The notes under the pieces are model-generated. The model saw only the letters and a program-made list of their open reading frames with translations, searched no databases and was not told the origin of the DNA. This document shows, piece after piece, positions 49,535 through 58,775 of a DNA stretch of 64,000 nucleotides (within the stretch, counting starts at the first letter, position 1; each line of letters starts with the position of its first letter). Source of the DNA: Candidatus Woesearchaeota archaeon (lineage in GTDB: Archaea; Nanobdellota; Nanobdellia; SCGC-AAA011-G17; PNOQ01); contig CAYFOF010000002.1 of assembly GCA_964344655.1 (NCBI GenBank), positions 56,768 to 120,767 on the forward strand, written 5' to 3'. Made by a program: the position numbers and the translations under genes.

Positions 49535-50839
49535 ATGAAGTATTATCTAACAATAGTAATAATTCTACTGATAATATCTACTGTTGCAGCAGATTCAGAA
49601 AGTACACAATTTGGATTAGATAGAAGAACTTCTGAAATAATTAAACCAATTAACATAACAAACACCACAATAAACATTACAGAACCAATAAATATAACAG
49701 ATAATATAACAGACTTAATAAACATAACCGATAATACTACAATAATCATAATTCCAATAAATTTAACAAATTTCACGGAGTTAAATATAACAAGAAACGA
49801 AACAATAAATATAACAATTAACGAAACAATAAATATAACAATTAACGAAACAATAAATCAAACAAACACTACAATAAAACCAGAAGAAATAATATTATCT
49901 CCACCAATCCAAGAAGATTTTACAACTTATTTTTACGCAGGAAATAGATTAATTGCAACAAAAAATAATGAGAATATAAAATACCACTATCAAGACCATT
50001 TAGGTTCAGATATAAATTCTAAATCTCTCCCATTTGGACAACCACTAGATATACAAAACAGATTTTCATTTTCTGGAAAAGAATTCGATTTAGGAGAATA
50101 TTATTTCGGAGCAAGATATTACGATCCAAACTTAGGAAGATTTACTTCCGTAGATCCAATTAAAACAGAACCACCCTATCAATATGTAAGAAATAACCCA
50201 TTAAGATTCATAGATCCAGATGGAAGAGAAACAAAAGAAAAATATCAAAACTTAATATTATTCTCAGAAGCAATGAAAGTCACTCAAACACCATTAATAT
50301 TAAATTTCCCCACACAACAAGACGTAGATAATTATAGAACAACAGTTGTTGATTCATTAATATCAACAAATCAAAAAAATATATTAATAGATTTAGAAAA
50401 CGGAATTCCAATTTCAATCCCTGGTTACGGAGAATCTACAAAACTTCCATTATTCGGAACAAACTCAATAAACACATTATTTCAAATGGAAGTAAGTAAA
50501 AATGGTCCAATAGAAAACGTTATATTTTTCATGCATAGTGCAACAAACACTCCAGGTAATATAGTTCTAGAAATGCCTGGAACCCTCCCAAGCACAAGCG
50601 AACCAAAAATAGAATTAACAAACAGTCTACTTTCTTTACCAGATGAATATCTTGCTCCAAATGGACAAATAATCTTTGCAATTTGTCACACAGACACTTG
50701 CATAAATGGACAAGCAATTGCAGATAGTTTAGGAGTTACAGTTTACGTCTCACCAAACGAAGTAGAATTTGTTGAAGGAATATCGCCACCACTAATTTAC
50801 GGTCAATTCAACGAATATAAACCAAAAAAAGAAGATTAA
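49535..50839 (+). CDS. secreted, heavily N-glycosylatable RHS/YD-core protein with unknown C-terminal domain; polymorphic-toxin-like
   Basis: Signal peptide. More than 15 N-x-T sequons in about 90 aa. YD-like NRLIATKNNENIKYHYQDHLGSDI. RHS core terminus ARYYDPNLGRFTSVDP...YVRNNPLRFIDPDGRE. About 210 aa of C-terminal domain of unknown function. Confidence 0.6.
   Translation: MKYYLTIVIILLIISTVAADSESTQFGLDRRTSEIIKPINITNTTINITEPINITDNITDLINITDNTTIIIIPINLTNFTELNITRNETINITINETINITINETINQTNTTIKPEEIILSPPIQEDFTTYFYAGNRLIATKNNENIKYHYQDHLGSDINSKSLPFGQPLDIQNRFSFSGKEFDLGEYYFGARYYDPNLGRFTSVDPIKTEPPYQYVRNNPLRFIDPDGRETKEKYQNLILFSEAMKVTQTPLILNFPTQQDVDNYRTTVVDSLISTNQKNILIDLENGIPISIPGYGESTKLPLFGTNSINTLFQMEVSKNGPIENVIFFMHSATNTPGNIVLEMPGTLPSTSEPKIELTNSLLSLPDEYLAPNGQIIFAICHTDTCINGQAIADSLGVTVYVSPNEVEFVEGISPPLIYGQFNEYKPKKED
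49797..49860 (+). repeat. 24-nt tandem repeat (about 2.7 copies) inside the coding sequence
   Basis: acgaaacaataaatataacaatta, about 2.7 copies, encodes repeats of NETINITI. The third copy diverges at its end, changing the last repeat to NETINQT. Confidence 0.7.
49925..50150. repeat. copy of the RHS-core coding segment (paired, inverted, with 26130-26355)
   Basis: See paired entry 26130-26355. Confidence 0.6.
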
Positions 50840-51270
50840 TTTCTAATATGCCTAGAAAACATATTTGGATCGCCATCTTGATCAAAATAGAAAAATAATC
50901 CATCGCCAAGAGTATATATTTCTCCATAATCTTCAACTAACTTTTCTGTAGTTGGATCATAAATTCCTAATCTCTCTAAATCACTTACGGAATTTGCTCT
51001 ATATATATCTCCATTAGCAAAATAATGATTAATAACTCCACTAGATTGGCCCTCAAAATGAGTATACAAACTATCTTTTTCAGCTTGTGAGATTGGAACT
51101 AATTGCGCATTAATAGAATCTTCTAAACAATTTCTAGTCGGAGAACATCCCATGTGACTAGAATATGCACTTAAAGCCATTATACTTCCTAGAAAAGCGC
51201 CAAGTACTCTATTCAAAGGTTGTCTTGCAAATTCTTTCCAACTTCCACTGTGAAATTGTTTATCTTCCAT
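50836..51270 (-). CDS. hypothetical protein
   Basis: 144-aa ORF convergent with the RHS-core gene. Confidence 0.3.
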   Translation of the reverse strand: MEDKQFHSGSWKEFARQPLNRVLGAFLGSIMALSAYSSHMGCSPTRNCLEDSINAQLVPISQAEKDSLYTHFEGQSSGVINHYFANGDIYRANSVSDLERLGIYDPTTEKLVEDYGEIYTLGDGLFFYFDQDGDPNMFSRHIRN

Positions 51271-51318
51271 AACTATACATAAAACTAATTACTTTTAAAA
51301 CTTTCCATTTATAAGTAG

Positions 51319-52437
51319 TTACAACTTAGATAAGAATTTCTGAACTTCTTTTTTAGCTTTAACTCTTTTTTTCTGATGTTCAACCAAAAACTTTTGAAGC
51401 TTCTCAATAGTATATTTCTTCAATTCCCCAGTTAATAACTCTCCTTTCTTATAAGAATCATGAATTTCTTGTAATTTTTTATCATCTTCTTCTAATCCAT
51501 ATTTCAATAACTGAAAAGAAACATCAATATCCGGATTTCCACCTTTTTTTCTATGTTCTTCTAATGTTTTTTGACCACCAGAGAAAGCAAATTTCTTAAT
51601 TTTTTTAGCAGCAACTTCTGGAGAATCTGTTAAAGCAATATAAGAATTTTCATCAGAACTGCTCATCTTCCCACCCTTCAATCCAGGTAAAAACATATGA
51701 CATGTAGAACTCAAAGGCATAAATTTATGCCCTGGAAACTTATACGCAACATCTCTAGCTAATCTTAAATGTGGATCTTGATCAATTCCAACTGGAACAA
51801 TAACTGGCAAAGCTTTTCCTTCAAACTCTTTTAATTGAGGATGTAACATATCTGCTGCTTGCAATAAAGCAGAAGATAATTTAGCAGGAGAAATATCTCC
51901 ATAAATTGCTTTTACTTGGTTGAATGTTGTATGTCTTCCCAACATATTTGCTAAAGAATAATAAGCACTAGATTTTACACCATCTTTATCTCTTGAAGAT
52001 TGAAAATAAAAATCACATTTCTTTAAATCTAATCCCAAAGCAACATAATTAGTTAAATATTCTTCAATAGCAACTTTCTTTAATTCTTCCATATCTGGCA
52101 TTCTAGAATTATAAGCTTCAACATCAGCCACAGCAACATAAACTTTTGCTCCTAATTTTTGATACATAATAATTTGATCAGCAACAATTTTATGCCCAAA
52201 ATGAAATTTCCCACTAGGCATCAATCCAGTCATCATCACAAAGGGTTTTTTCTTTTCAATAGATTCATTTATCTTATCAAAATCCCTATGACAATAAATT
52301 ATTCCTCTCCTAAACAACAAAAAATCATTCAACTTCTTAGGAACTGTCTTAAAAGGTTTTAATCCAAATTCTTTTATTATTTTACTATAATTTATATCCC
52401 CTTTAATTTCCCAAGGAGTTACACTAGATTTAACCAT
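51319..52437 (-). CDS. trpS: tryptophan--tRNA ligase (archaeal/eukaryotic type)
   Basis: HIGH-like PSGKFHFGH and KMSKS-like GGKMSSS. The block VPVGIDQDPHLRLARDVA matches eukaryotic/archaeal TrpRS AIDQDPYFR. Confidence 0.75.
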   Translation of the reverse strand: MVKSSVTPWEIKGDINYSKIIKEFGLKPFKTVPKKLNDFLLFRRGIIYCHRDFDKINESIEKKKPFVMMTGLMPSGKFHFGHKIVADQIIMYQKLGAKVYVAVADVEAYNSRMPDMEELKKVAIEEYLTNYVALGLDLKKCDFYFQSSRDKDGVKSSAYYSLANMLGRHTTFNQVKAIYGDISPAKLSSALLQAADMLHPQLKEFEGKALPVIVPVGIDQDPHLRLARDVAYKFPGHKFMPLSSTCHMFLPGLKGGKMSSSDENSYIALTDSPEVAAKKIKKFAFSGGQKTLEEHRKKGGNPDIDVSFQLLKYGLEEDDKKLQEIHDSYKKGELLTGELKKYTIEKLQKFLVEHQKKRVKAKKEVQKFLSKL

Positions 52438-52484
52438 ACAATTATTTTATTAATACTTTATTTAAAGATTTCTAAAGGACAAAA

Positions 52485-52492
52485 CTTATAAA
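52485..52492 (+). promoter_or_regulatory. TATA box about 30 nt upstream of tRNA-Trp
   Basis: aaCTTATAAAaa. Confidence 0.45.
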
Positions 52493-52519
52493 AACAATAA
52501 ACACCCAAAATAAATGTGA

Positions 52520-52593
52520 GGGGACGTAGTATAAGCTGGTTAGTATGGGAGGCTCCAACCCTCCAGATGGGGGTTCAAATCCCTCCGTCCTCA
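52520..52593 (+). tRNA. tRNA-Trp: tRNA-Trp (CCA), intronless
   Basis: Acceptor GGGGACG/CGTCCTC with A73. Anticodon stem-loop GGAGG-CTCCAAC-CCTCC. T-arm GGGGG-TTCAAAT-CCCTC. The D-arm pairing is imperfect. Confidence 0.6.
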
Positions 52594-52637
52594 CTCATTT
52601 TACAAACACTTAAAAAACACAATAATTTCCCATTTTT

Positions 52638-53006
52638 ATGAAAAAATTAGCAGCAATAGCATTAACACTAGCACTTTCCACAACAACATTTGCTAAAATG
52701 CCCCAATCTGTTTATTTCACAATAGATCAAGTTCTACAAACAAAATCAAATTCCAGAACAAAAAAATTAATTTCTACTCTAGCTGACAAACTAGGAGACA
52801 ATAATGGAAAAACAACAAACGAAGAAATGATTTATGCATTAGATTTAGTAGTTTCAGAAGAATCTCAAAGATATATATCTGAAAAAATTTTCGGAGAACC
52901 AAAAACAATAGATGAATTAAGTATTTTTCAAAAAGGAAAAGTAAAATTACAATACCCTCAAATAGAATACGTAACAAAACTAAGGAAAAGGTATTTAAAC
53001 AGATAA
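52638..53006 (+). CDS. small secreted protein
   Basis: Signal peptide MKKLAAIALTLALSTTTFA. Length 122 aa. Confidence 0.35.
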   Translation: MKKLAAIALTLALSTTTFAKMPQSVYFTIDQVLQTKSNSRTKKLISTLADKLGDNNGKTTNEEMIYALDLVVSEESQRYISEKIFGEPKTIDELSIFQKGKVKLQYPQIEYVTKLRKRYLNR

Positions 53007-53022
53007 AAGAAATTCTATACTA

Positions 53023-53814
53023 ATGAAGCACACAATCAAAATCACAATTATTTTAACATTATTATTTTTAGCAACCCAATTAATTGGTTTAACAATTGTA
53101 GATTCATACGGAGATAAAGAACTTCCATTAGGTATTGAAAGACCAGAAGTACAAGAAGAAGTTGGATATCTTCCATTAATTTTCGCAATTTTAATTGCAA
53201 CAGGATTAGCATTAATTTTAGTTAAATTTGGAGCTATGAAACTCTGGAAAGCATGGTTTTTTGTTGCATCATTATATTTACTAACCCTCTCACTAGGAGG
53301 ATTTTTCGAAGCAAACATAGCATTCATAATTGCAACAGGGTTTATTTTACTAAGAACATTCAGATTATCAATTATTTCCCACAACATTGTAGAATTATTT
53401 GTCTACGCTGGAATTCCAGTAATATTTGCATCAATATTAAACATATTATCTGCAAGTATTTTATTAATTTTCATATCAATTTACGACGCAATTGCAGTTT
53501 GGAAAACAAAACATATGGTAAAACTAGCTAAATTCACAACACAATCAAAAGTATTTGCTGGATTAATGATTCCTTACGATAAAGGAAGAAAAGCCGCAAT
53601 TCTTGGGGGAGGAGACATTGGATTCCCATTGTTATTCTCAAGTGTAATACTATTAAACAAATCATTCCAACACGCAATAATTACAACAATAATAACAGCA
53701 ATTGCTTTACTCATGCTATTATTATTAAGTAAAAAAAACAAATTCTATCCCGCAATGCCGTTTATCTCGGCAGGATGTTTTGTAGGTTATTTCCTATCCT
53801 TATTAATTCTTTAA
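53023..53814 (+). CDS. presenilin/signal-peptide-peptidase homolog (A22 intramembrane aspartyl protease)
   Basis: YD motif in a TM helix (SIYDAIAVW), GxGD motif (LGGGDIGFPLLF), PAL-like YPAMPF near the C-terminus. Multi-TM. Confidence 0.65.
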   Translation: MKHTIKITIILTLLFLATQLIGLTIVDSYGDKELPLGIERPEVQEEVGYLPLIFAILIATGLALILVKFGAMKLWKAWFFVASLYLLTLSLGGFFEANIAFIIATGFILLRTFRLSIISHNIVELFVYAGIPVIFASILNILSASILLIFISIYDAIAVWKTKHMVKLAKFTTQSKVFAGLMIPYDKGRKAAILGGGDIGFPLLFSSVILLNKSFQHAIITTIITAIALLMLLLLSKKNKFYPAMPFISAGCFVGYFLSLLIL

Positions 53815-54156
53815 TTGTTCCCAAGCATAAGAAACATAATCTAAATTTTGTCTATCAAACATCTCAGGAAAATATCCTTCTTTAGTATCAAATTCTGCTT
53901 CCTTAAATTCTGGAAACCATTCTAGTAAATCTAAATATCTAGCCAAAACACTAGCTGTAGTACAATATTCATCTTTAATTTTTCCCCAAGATGAAATTCC
54001 CTCTTCATATAACTCTGTAAATCCAGAAAGAGGGGCCAAACAATTTTTAGTTACATGGTTAAAATGACTAAAAACATCACTATCCAAACCCTCTACAACT
54101 CTAGCAACTCTATCTTCTAAAGCTCTAGTTAATTCATTAACTGTAGCAACATCCAT
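53803..54156 (-). CDS. hypothetical protein
   Basis: 117-aa ORF. Confidence 0.3.
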   Translation of the reverse strand: MDVATVNELTRALEDRVARVVEGLDSDVFSHFNHVTKNCLAPLSGFTELYEEGISSWGKIKDEYCTTASVLARYLDLLEWFPEFKEAEFDTKEGYFPEMFDRQNLDYVSYAWEQLKN

Positions 54157-54251
54157 TTTAGCATTCCTTAAATTTCTTTGAATTACAATAACATTTCATA
54201 TTTATTGGTGTTTTTTTATTTACACAATAAATTGCATCGCATTTCATACAT

Positions 54252-54569
54252 TTAACATCCATTTTCATCTCCTTCCTTCAATCTTTTTTCTTGATCTTCT
54301 AAAATAGTATCAATAGTGCCCATATCAACAGGCAAGACTACTGCCCCTTGAACAGGAAAAACTCCGGGTCTATCCATTAATTTATATTTCATATCTCCAG
54401 TTCTATCTGGTTGATTAACCAAACAAGGATTAAGTTTTATTGCACCATCAGAAACACTTTCTAAAATTCCATAAGCGTTTGCACTGTTAAAATACACAAT
54501 AACTTCTTGTCCAACATTATCTCCGGCATATGGAGATTGTCTATCGTAAGTTTCAGGTCCAAATGTCAT
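54252..54569 (-). CDS. hypothetical protein
   Basis: An internal Met (MTFGPETY) is the likely start. The ORF-track start at 54644 would overlap the upstream gene. Confidence 0.3.
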   Translation of the reverse strand: MTFGPETYDRQSPYAGDNVGQEVIVYFNSANAYGILESVSDGAIKLNPCLVNQPDRTGDMKYKLMDRPGVFPVQGAVVLPVDMGTIDTILEDQEKRLKEGDENGC

Positions 54570-54570
54570 T

Positions 54571-55044
54571 TTAATATAATACCCCCGCAAGTATATACTC
54601 AATATCTTCAAATCTAATTTTTCCAGGATCTGCATATGCAACATTATCTCCTTTTGCTATTGCATACCATCCATCCTTGTCATATCCCAAATCAATTACT
54701 CTATGAGCAATCAAAGCATCACTCCACTCTGCATTATAAGTAATAACATCTCCAATTTGGACATCAAACTCATCTTTAGGTCTTAATTCAATTCCAGTAG
54801 AACCAACATCTAAGAATCCATCCATTGAATTTGTATTTGTATATTTTGCCCAATTAGCGTTATCAACATAAATAACAACCTTATCTTCATAAATCAAAAC
54901 TTGGCTGTCTTTTATCCTATCAGCAGGTGAAATAAGCTCTTTTGAAACAAAAACTGAAGGCATTGCATAGTTTGAACTAAATACATCATTAGCAAACCAT
55001 CCTATTGATAATAGCATAACCCCCAAAATTATTGCTTGTTTCAT
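54571..55044 (-). CDS. signal peptidase I (archaeal Sec11/S26 type)
   Basis: N-terminal TM. Boxes SMDG (Ser nucleophile), GDVITY, AHRVIDL (His) and KGDNVAYAD appear in the S26 order. Confidence 0.55.
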   Translation of the reverse strand: MKQAIILGVMLLSIGWFANDVFSSNYAMPSVFVSKELISPADRIKDSQVLIYEDKVVIYVDNANWAKYTNTNSMDGFLDVGSTGIELRPKDEFDVQIGDVITYNAEWSDALIAHRVIDLGYDKDGWYAIAKGDNVAYADPGKIRFEDIEYILAGVLY

Positions 55045-55155
55045 GTAATATTTCTTTATTTAATCCTTTATAAACCTTTCCATGTGTAACTACTTAGCAT
55101 AAGTAACATAATCAAAACATTTATAAATAAAAGAAAAAAGTAATATTTTAGAAAA

Positions 55156-55524
55156 ATGGATGATCAATTACAAAAAAAATATAATGATGAGTTCAAGGAA
55201 AAATTCATACAAGACGTGAAAGGATTAGCATATAATACAGCAATGTATGTTCCTGCACTAGCAAATTCTATATTCGCGTTTAGCTGCGGATATACTGGAG
55301 AAAATACAGACCTATTACCATATACTTCTGGAGGATTAGTATTAACTACAGGAATTCTTAATGGAATCGGAGAAAGAAACGAAGATCCAAATTATCATCC
55401 ATGGGATACTCCAATAACTAGTATTGTAAAAAGAACTGCAAAAAACATTCCAAAAGTAGGATTAGATGCAATTATATCTTATGCACTGGGAAAAGGTGCA
55501 AAGGCAGTTGTAGATTATTTTTAG
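55156..55524 (+). CDS. hypothetical protein
   Basis: 122-aa ORF. Confidence 0.3.
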   Translation: MDDQLQKKYNDEFKEKFIQDVKGLAYNTAMYVPALANSIFAFSCGYTGENTDLLPYTSGGLVLTTGILNGIGERNEDPNYHPWDTPITSIVKRTAKNIPKVGLDAIISYALGKGAKAVVDYF

Positions 55525-55528
55525 AAAA

Positions 55529-55735
55529 ATGACACCAGATAAAAAACAATGGTTGCCAGTTTACGGCGCTTACAAAGCAATAAAAGACGATCAAGAAGGA
55601 AACCCTTCAATATTAGAAGAACATTATTGGACTAGTCCAGTATATCATGCAATTGTAAGTTTAACTCCTGTTATGGCAACAGGATTAGCAGCTTTAATTG
55701 TAGCAACAAAAGGGTTAATGAATTTAGTTGAATAA
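55529..55735 (+). CDS. hypothetical small protein
   Basis: 68-aa ORF with a C-terminal hydrophobic helix. Confidence 0.25.
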   Translation: MTPDKKQWLPVYGAYKAIKDDQEGNPSILEEHYWTSPVYHAIVSLTPVMATGLAALIVATKGLMNLVE

Positions 55736-56140
55736 ATCTTCTAAATTTCTAGGCAGCTTAAACTTAAAAGTGCCATCTTTTTCTAATTTACCTCTTAAAT
55801 TAATTTTAGTGCTATCATCTCTATCAATATAATAATTAATCAAAGTTTCAGCTTGCAAATATCTTTCCCTATAACTACCACTTTCACTAGAATAAGCAGA
55901 AACAACCCCATCTTCACAGCCCAAAACAACAGCAATTCTAGATCTATTTTCTGATAAATCTAAACTAACACTTCCTGGGACTCCAGATAGTTCATAATGT
56001 CCTTCTTCAAAAGAACTTTCACAAACATCAGCAACATCAACAGGAACATATTCAGTATTTCTTTCTTTAAAATATTCCCAAGCTGAAAAACCTAACGCTA
56101 AAGCAATTACAGCATAAACTGAAACTTTTCCTTTTGACAT
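55724..56140 (-). CDS. small secreted protein
   Basis: Signal peptide. Length 138 aa. Confidence 0.35.
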   Translation of the reverse strand: MSKGKVSVYAVIALALGFSAWEYFKERNTEYVPVDVADVCESSFEEGHYELSGVPGSVSLDLSENRSRIAVVLGCEDGVVSAYSSESGSYRERYLQAETLINYYIDRDDSTKINLRGKLEKDGTFKFKLPRNLEDLFN

Positions 56141-56170
56141 AAAAAAGAGAATAATAAATCATTTAAAAAA

Positions 56171-58072
56171 CTATACTAACCTTATAGTTTCCAAATTCTT
56201 AGGGGCCACAGTCTCCATTCTATAAGCTTTATGAACAGAACTAGCTAAATCCAAAACTTTACTTACTTCACCGTGAACCACGATCATTTTCTTAGGTCTT
56301 GGAGAAGTTCTTCCAACAAAATTCATTAATTGATTTCTATCTGAATGTCCAGTAAATCCATGAATAGAATAAATATCCATTTTAACTTTTACAGGCATTT
56401 GCTTACTTCCTTCCATAAACATAATTTCTTTCTCACCTTGTTGTAACCTTCTACCTAATGAGCCTTCACCTTGATAAGAAGTTAATACTAAACTATGTTT
56501 GTCACTCTCAGCTAAATTCTTAAAATACTCAACAGAAGCTCCACCAGTCATCATACCAGAAGTAGCCATAATAATACAAGGTCCATTCTCATCTAAAACT
56601 TGTTTCATTTCTTTTTGTGAACCCACATGTTTAAAAATATCTGACAAAAACGGATTTTCATTTTTGTGGAATATCGCTTGTTTTACTTTATTATTGAAAA
56701 AATTCGGATAAGCAGTATGAATAGCAGTAACATCCCAAACCATACCTTGAACAAAAACAGGTATTTTTGGTAATTTACCTTCTCTAATTGCTCTCTCAAC
56801 AATAACCATTATTTCTTGTGACCTACCAACCCCTAAAACTGGCAATAATACTTTTCCACCCCGTTCAACAGTCGTTTTGACAATATTCAACAAATAATCT
56901 TCAGATTCTTGTCTAGTTGCAGTAACATCATCTTTTCCACCATAAGTTCCTTCAATCATTAATGTCTCTAATCTAGGAAATTTAGTTACAGCAGGAGCTA
57001 ATAAATTTGAAACTTCATAATTCATATCACCAGTATACATAAAGTTATGCAACCCTTCACCAATATGGAAATGACATAATGAACTTCCTAAAGTATGTCC
57101 AGCATTATAAAACGTTAAACGTATATCTGGAGAAATATCTGAAACCTCTTCATAATCTAAAACAACAGTATGTTTAACCATTTCTTTAACATCAGCAGAA
57201 CCATACAACGCTGCCTTATTCTCTTTTTGTCCAATTGAAATCATATCTAAACATAACAAAGCTGCAGTATCTCTAGTTGGAGCAGTACAATAAACAGGAC
57301 CACGATAACCATATTTAAACAACAATGGAATTAAACCACAATGATCTAAATGCGCATGACTCAAAACAACAGCATCTAATTCTTCAATTTTTAATTCTGA
57401 AATATCCATGTAAGGATATTGATCTTGCCCTCTAGCAGCAACATTAATCCCACAATCCATTAAAATTTTAGATTCATCAGTTTGCAATAAAAATGAAGAT
57501 CTTCCAACCTGTCTTGAGGCACCCAAAAATGAAACTCTAGCATAATTTGTTTTTCCTTCTTTTCTTTTAGAACCATAAATTCTCTCGCCAATTTTATGTA
57601 AGAATTTCTTCCTATAATCATCATTCTCATACAAAACAGTTCTGATATTCTCAATTAATCTTGATCTTATAGAAGGAATTCTCTTAACCAATGGAACCCA
57701 ATAAACTTTAGATTTAATTTCTTTCAAAGTCTCTCCAGATTTCCCAATTGCAATTCCTGGTTTTTCAGCCTCAACAATAACTTGAGATCTTTGCGGATCA
57801 AATATAATATTTAACTGCCCAGCCTCTTCTGGAATGATTTTTCTAATTTCATCTTCAGCCTTTTCAACAGGCATAGGAATAGAAGGATCTGCTCTTAATT
57901 CAACCCTTTTCTTAATAGTAGAAACTATTTCTTTAATAATTCCTTTATTATCTAAAAAGAAATCTTTATTCTTCGTATACATTACAATATTTGCGCCCTC
58001 AAACGAGATATTAGTTACATCTGCATCTTTAGGCAACATATCTTTTACTTGTTCTATTATTTTTACAGCCAT
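56171..58072 (-). CDS. aCPSF1: beta-CASP/metallo-beta-lactamase ribonuclease with N-terminal KH domains
   Basis: HAHLDHCG motif and beta-CASP region. N-terminal KH domain with GIAIGKSG. The 633-aa length is typical of aCPSF1. Confidence 0.85.
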   Translation of the reverse strand: MAVKIIEQVKDMLPKDADVTNISFEGANIVMYTKNKDFFLDNKGIIKEIVSTIKKRVELRADPSIPMPVEKAEDEIRKIIPEEAGQLNIIFDPQRSQVIVEAEKPGIAIGKSGETLKEIKSKVYWVPLVKRIPSIRSRLIENIRTVLYENDDYRKKFLHKIGERIYGSKRKEGKTNYARVSFLGASRQVGRSSFLLQTDESKILMDCGINVAARGQDQYPYMDISELKIEELDAVVLSHAHLDHCGLIPLLFKYGYRGPVYCTAPTRDTAALLCLDMISIGQKENKAALYGSADVKEMVKHTVVLDYEEVSDISPDIRLTFYNAGHTLGSSLCHFHIGEGLHNFMYTGDMNYEVSNLLAPAVTKFPRLETLMIEGTYGGKDDVTATRQESEDYLLNIVKTTVERGGKVLLPVLGVGRSQEIMVIVERAIREGKLPKIPVFVQGMVWDVTAIHTAYPNFFNNKVKQAIFHKNENPFLSDIFKHVGSQKEMKQVLDENGPCIIMATSGMMTGGASVEYFKNLAESDKHSLVLTSYQGEGSLGRRLQQGEKEIMFMEGSKQMPVKVKMDIYSIHGFTGHSDRNQLMNFVGRTSPRPKKMIVVHGEVSKVLDLASSVHKAYRMETVAPKNLETIRLV

Positions 58073-58086
58073 TATTCTCTTAAGAA

Positions 58087-58731
58087 TTACTCAATTTTTT
58101 TAACCAAATGTTGAGTCTCAACTTTGTGAGCTCCTTTTTCAGTTATAGTAAATATATCAATACCATCTCCAGTAGGCATATCTCTTTGAATTGCTGAATT
58201 AATTGCTTTTTTTGCCAATTCAATACCTTCTTTGACAGTCATATCTTTATTATACAATGTTTCTAAAACCCCATACGCAATAGGAGAACCAGAACCAGTT
58301 GAAACAAATTCACCCATTCTACTTAATGATCCATCCACGCCAATATCATACAAATGGAATCCATGAGAATCTCTTCCACCCAATAAAAATGAAACTATTC
58401 CAGGAACCATACTAGGTTTCCTTATATTTTGGTAAAAAATATTCGCCAACATATTGGCAGTTTCTTTCATTGACGGTTTTTTTGCACTTCTAATTGTCTT
58501 TAAACTAATTTCAGCTCTTGATAATTTTAATATTAATTGTGCATCAGAAACTAATCCAGCCATAGTAATCGCTGCATCATCATTTATCTTATGTACTTTA
58601 TCTGTTTTATTATTTGCAACCAAATAACCAGCACTTGCTCTCTTATCTGCTGCTAAAACAACACCATCTTTACATACAACACCTACAGTAGTAGTTCCCT
58701 TCTTAACCGATTTTTCAATATTCTCGTTCAT
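58087..58731 (-). CDS. psmB: proteasome subunit beta
   Basis: Propeptide followed by GTTTVGVV (catalytic Thr). Ntn-hydrolase pattern. Length 214 aa. Confidence 0.85.
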   Translation of the reverse strand: MNENIEKSVKKGTTTVGVVCKDGVVLAADKRASAGYLVANNKTDKVHKINDDAAITMAGLVSDAQLILKLSRAEISLKTIRSAKKPSMKETANMLANIFYQNIRKPSMVPGIVSFLLGGRDSHGFHLYDIGVDGSLSRMGEFVSTGSGSPIAYGVLETLYNKDMTVKEGIELAKKAINSAIQRDMPTGDGIDIFTITEKGAHKVETQHLVKKIE

Positions 58732-58775
58732 TTAAATTAACCTCTCAGAATGAGTTATAGTTATATAAAAATAAC

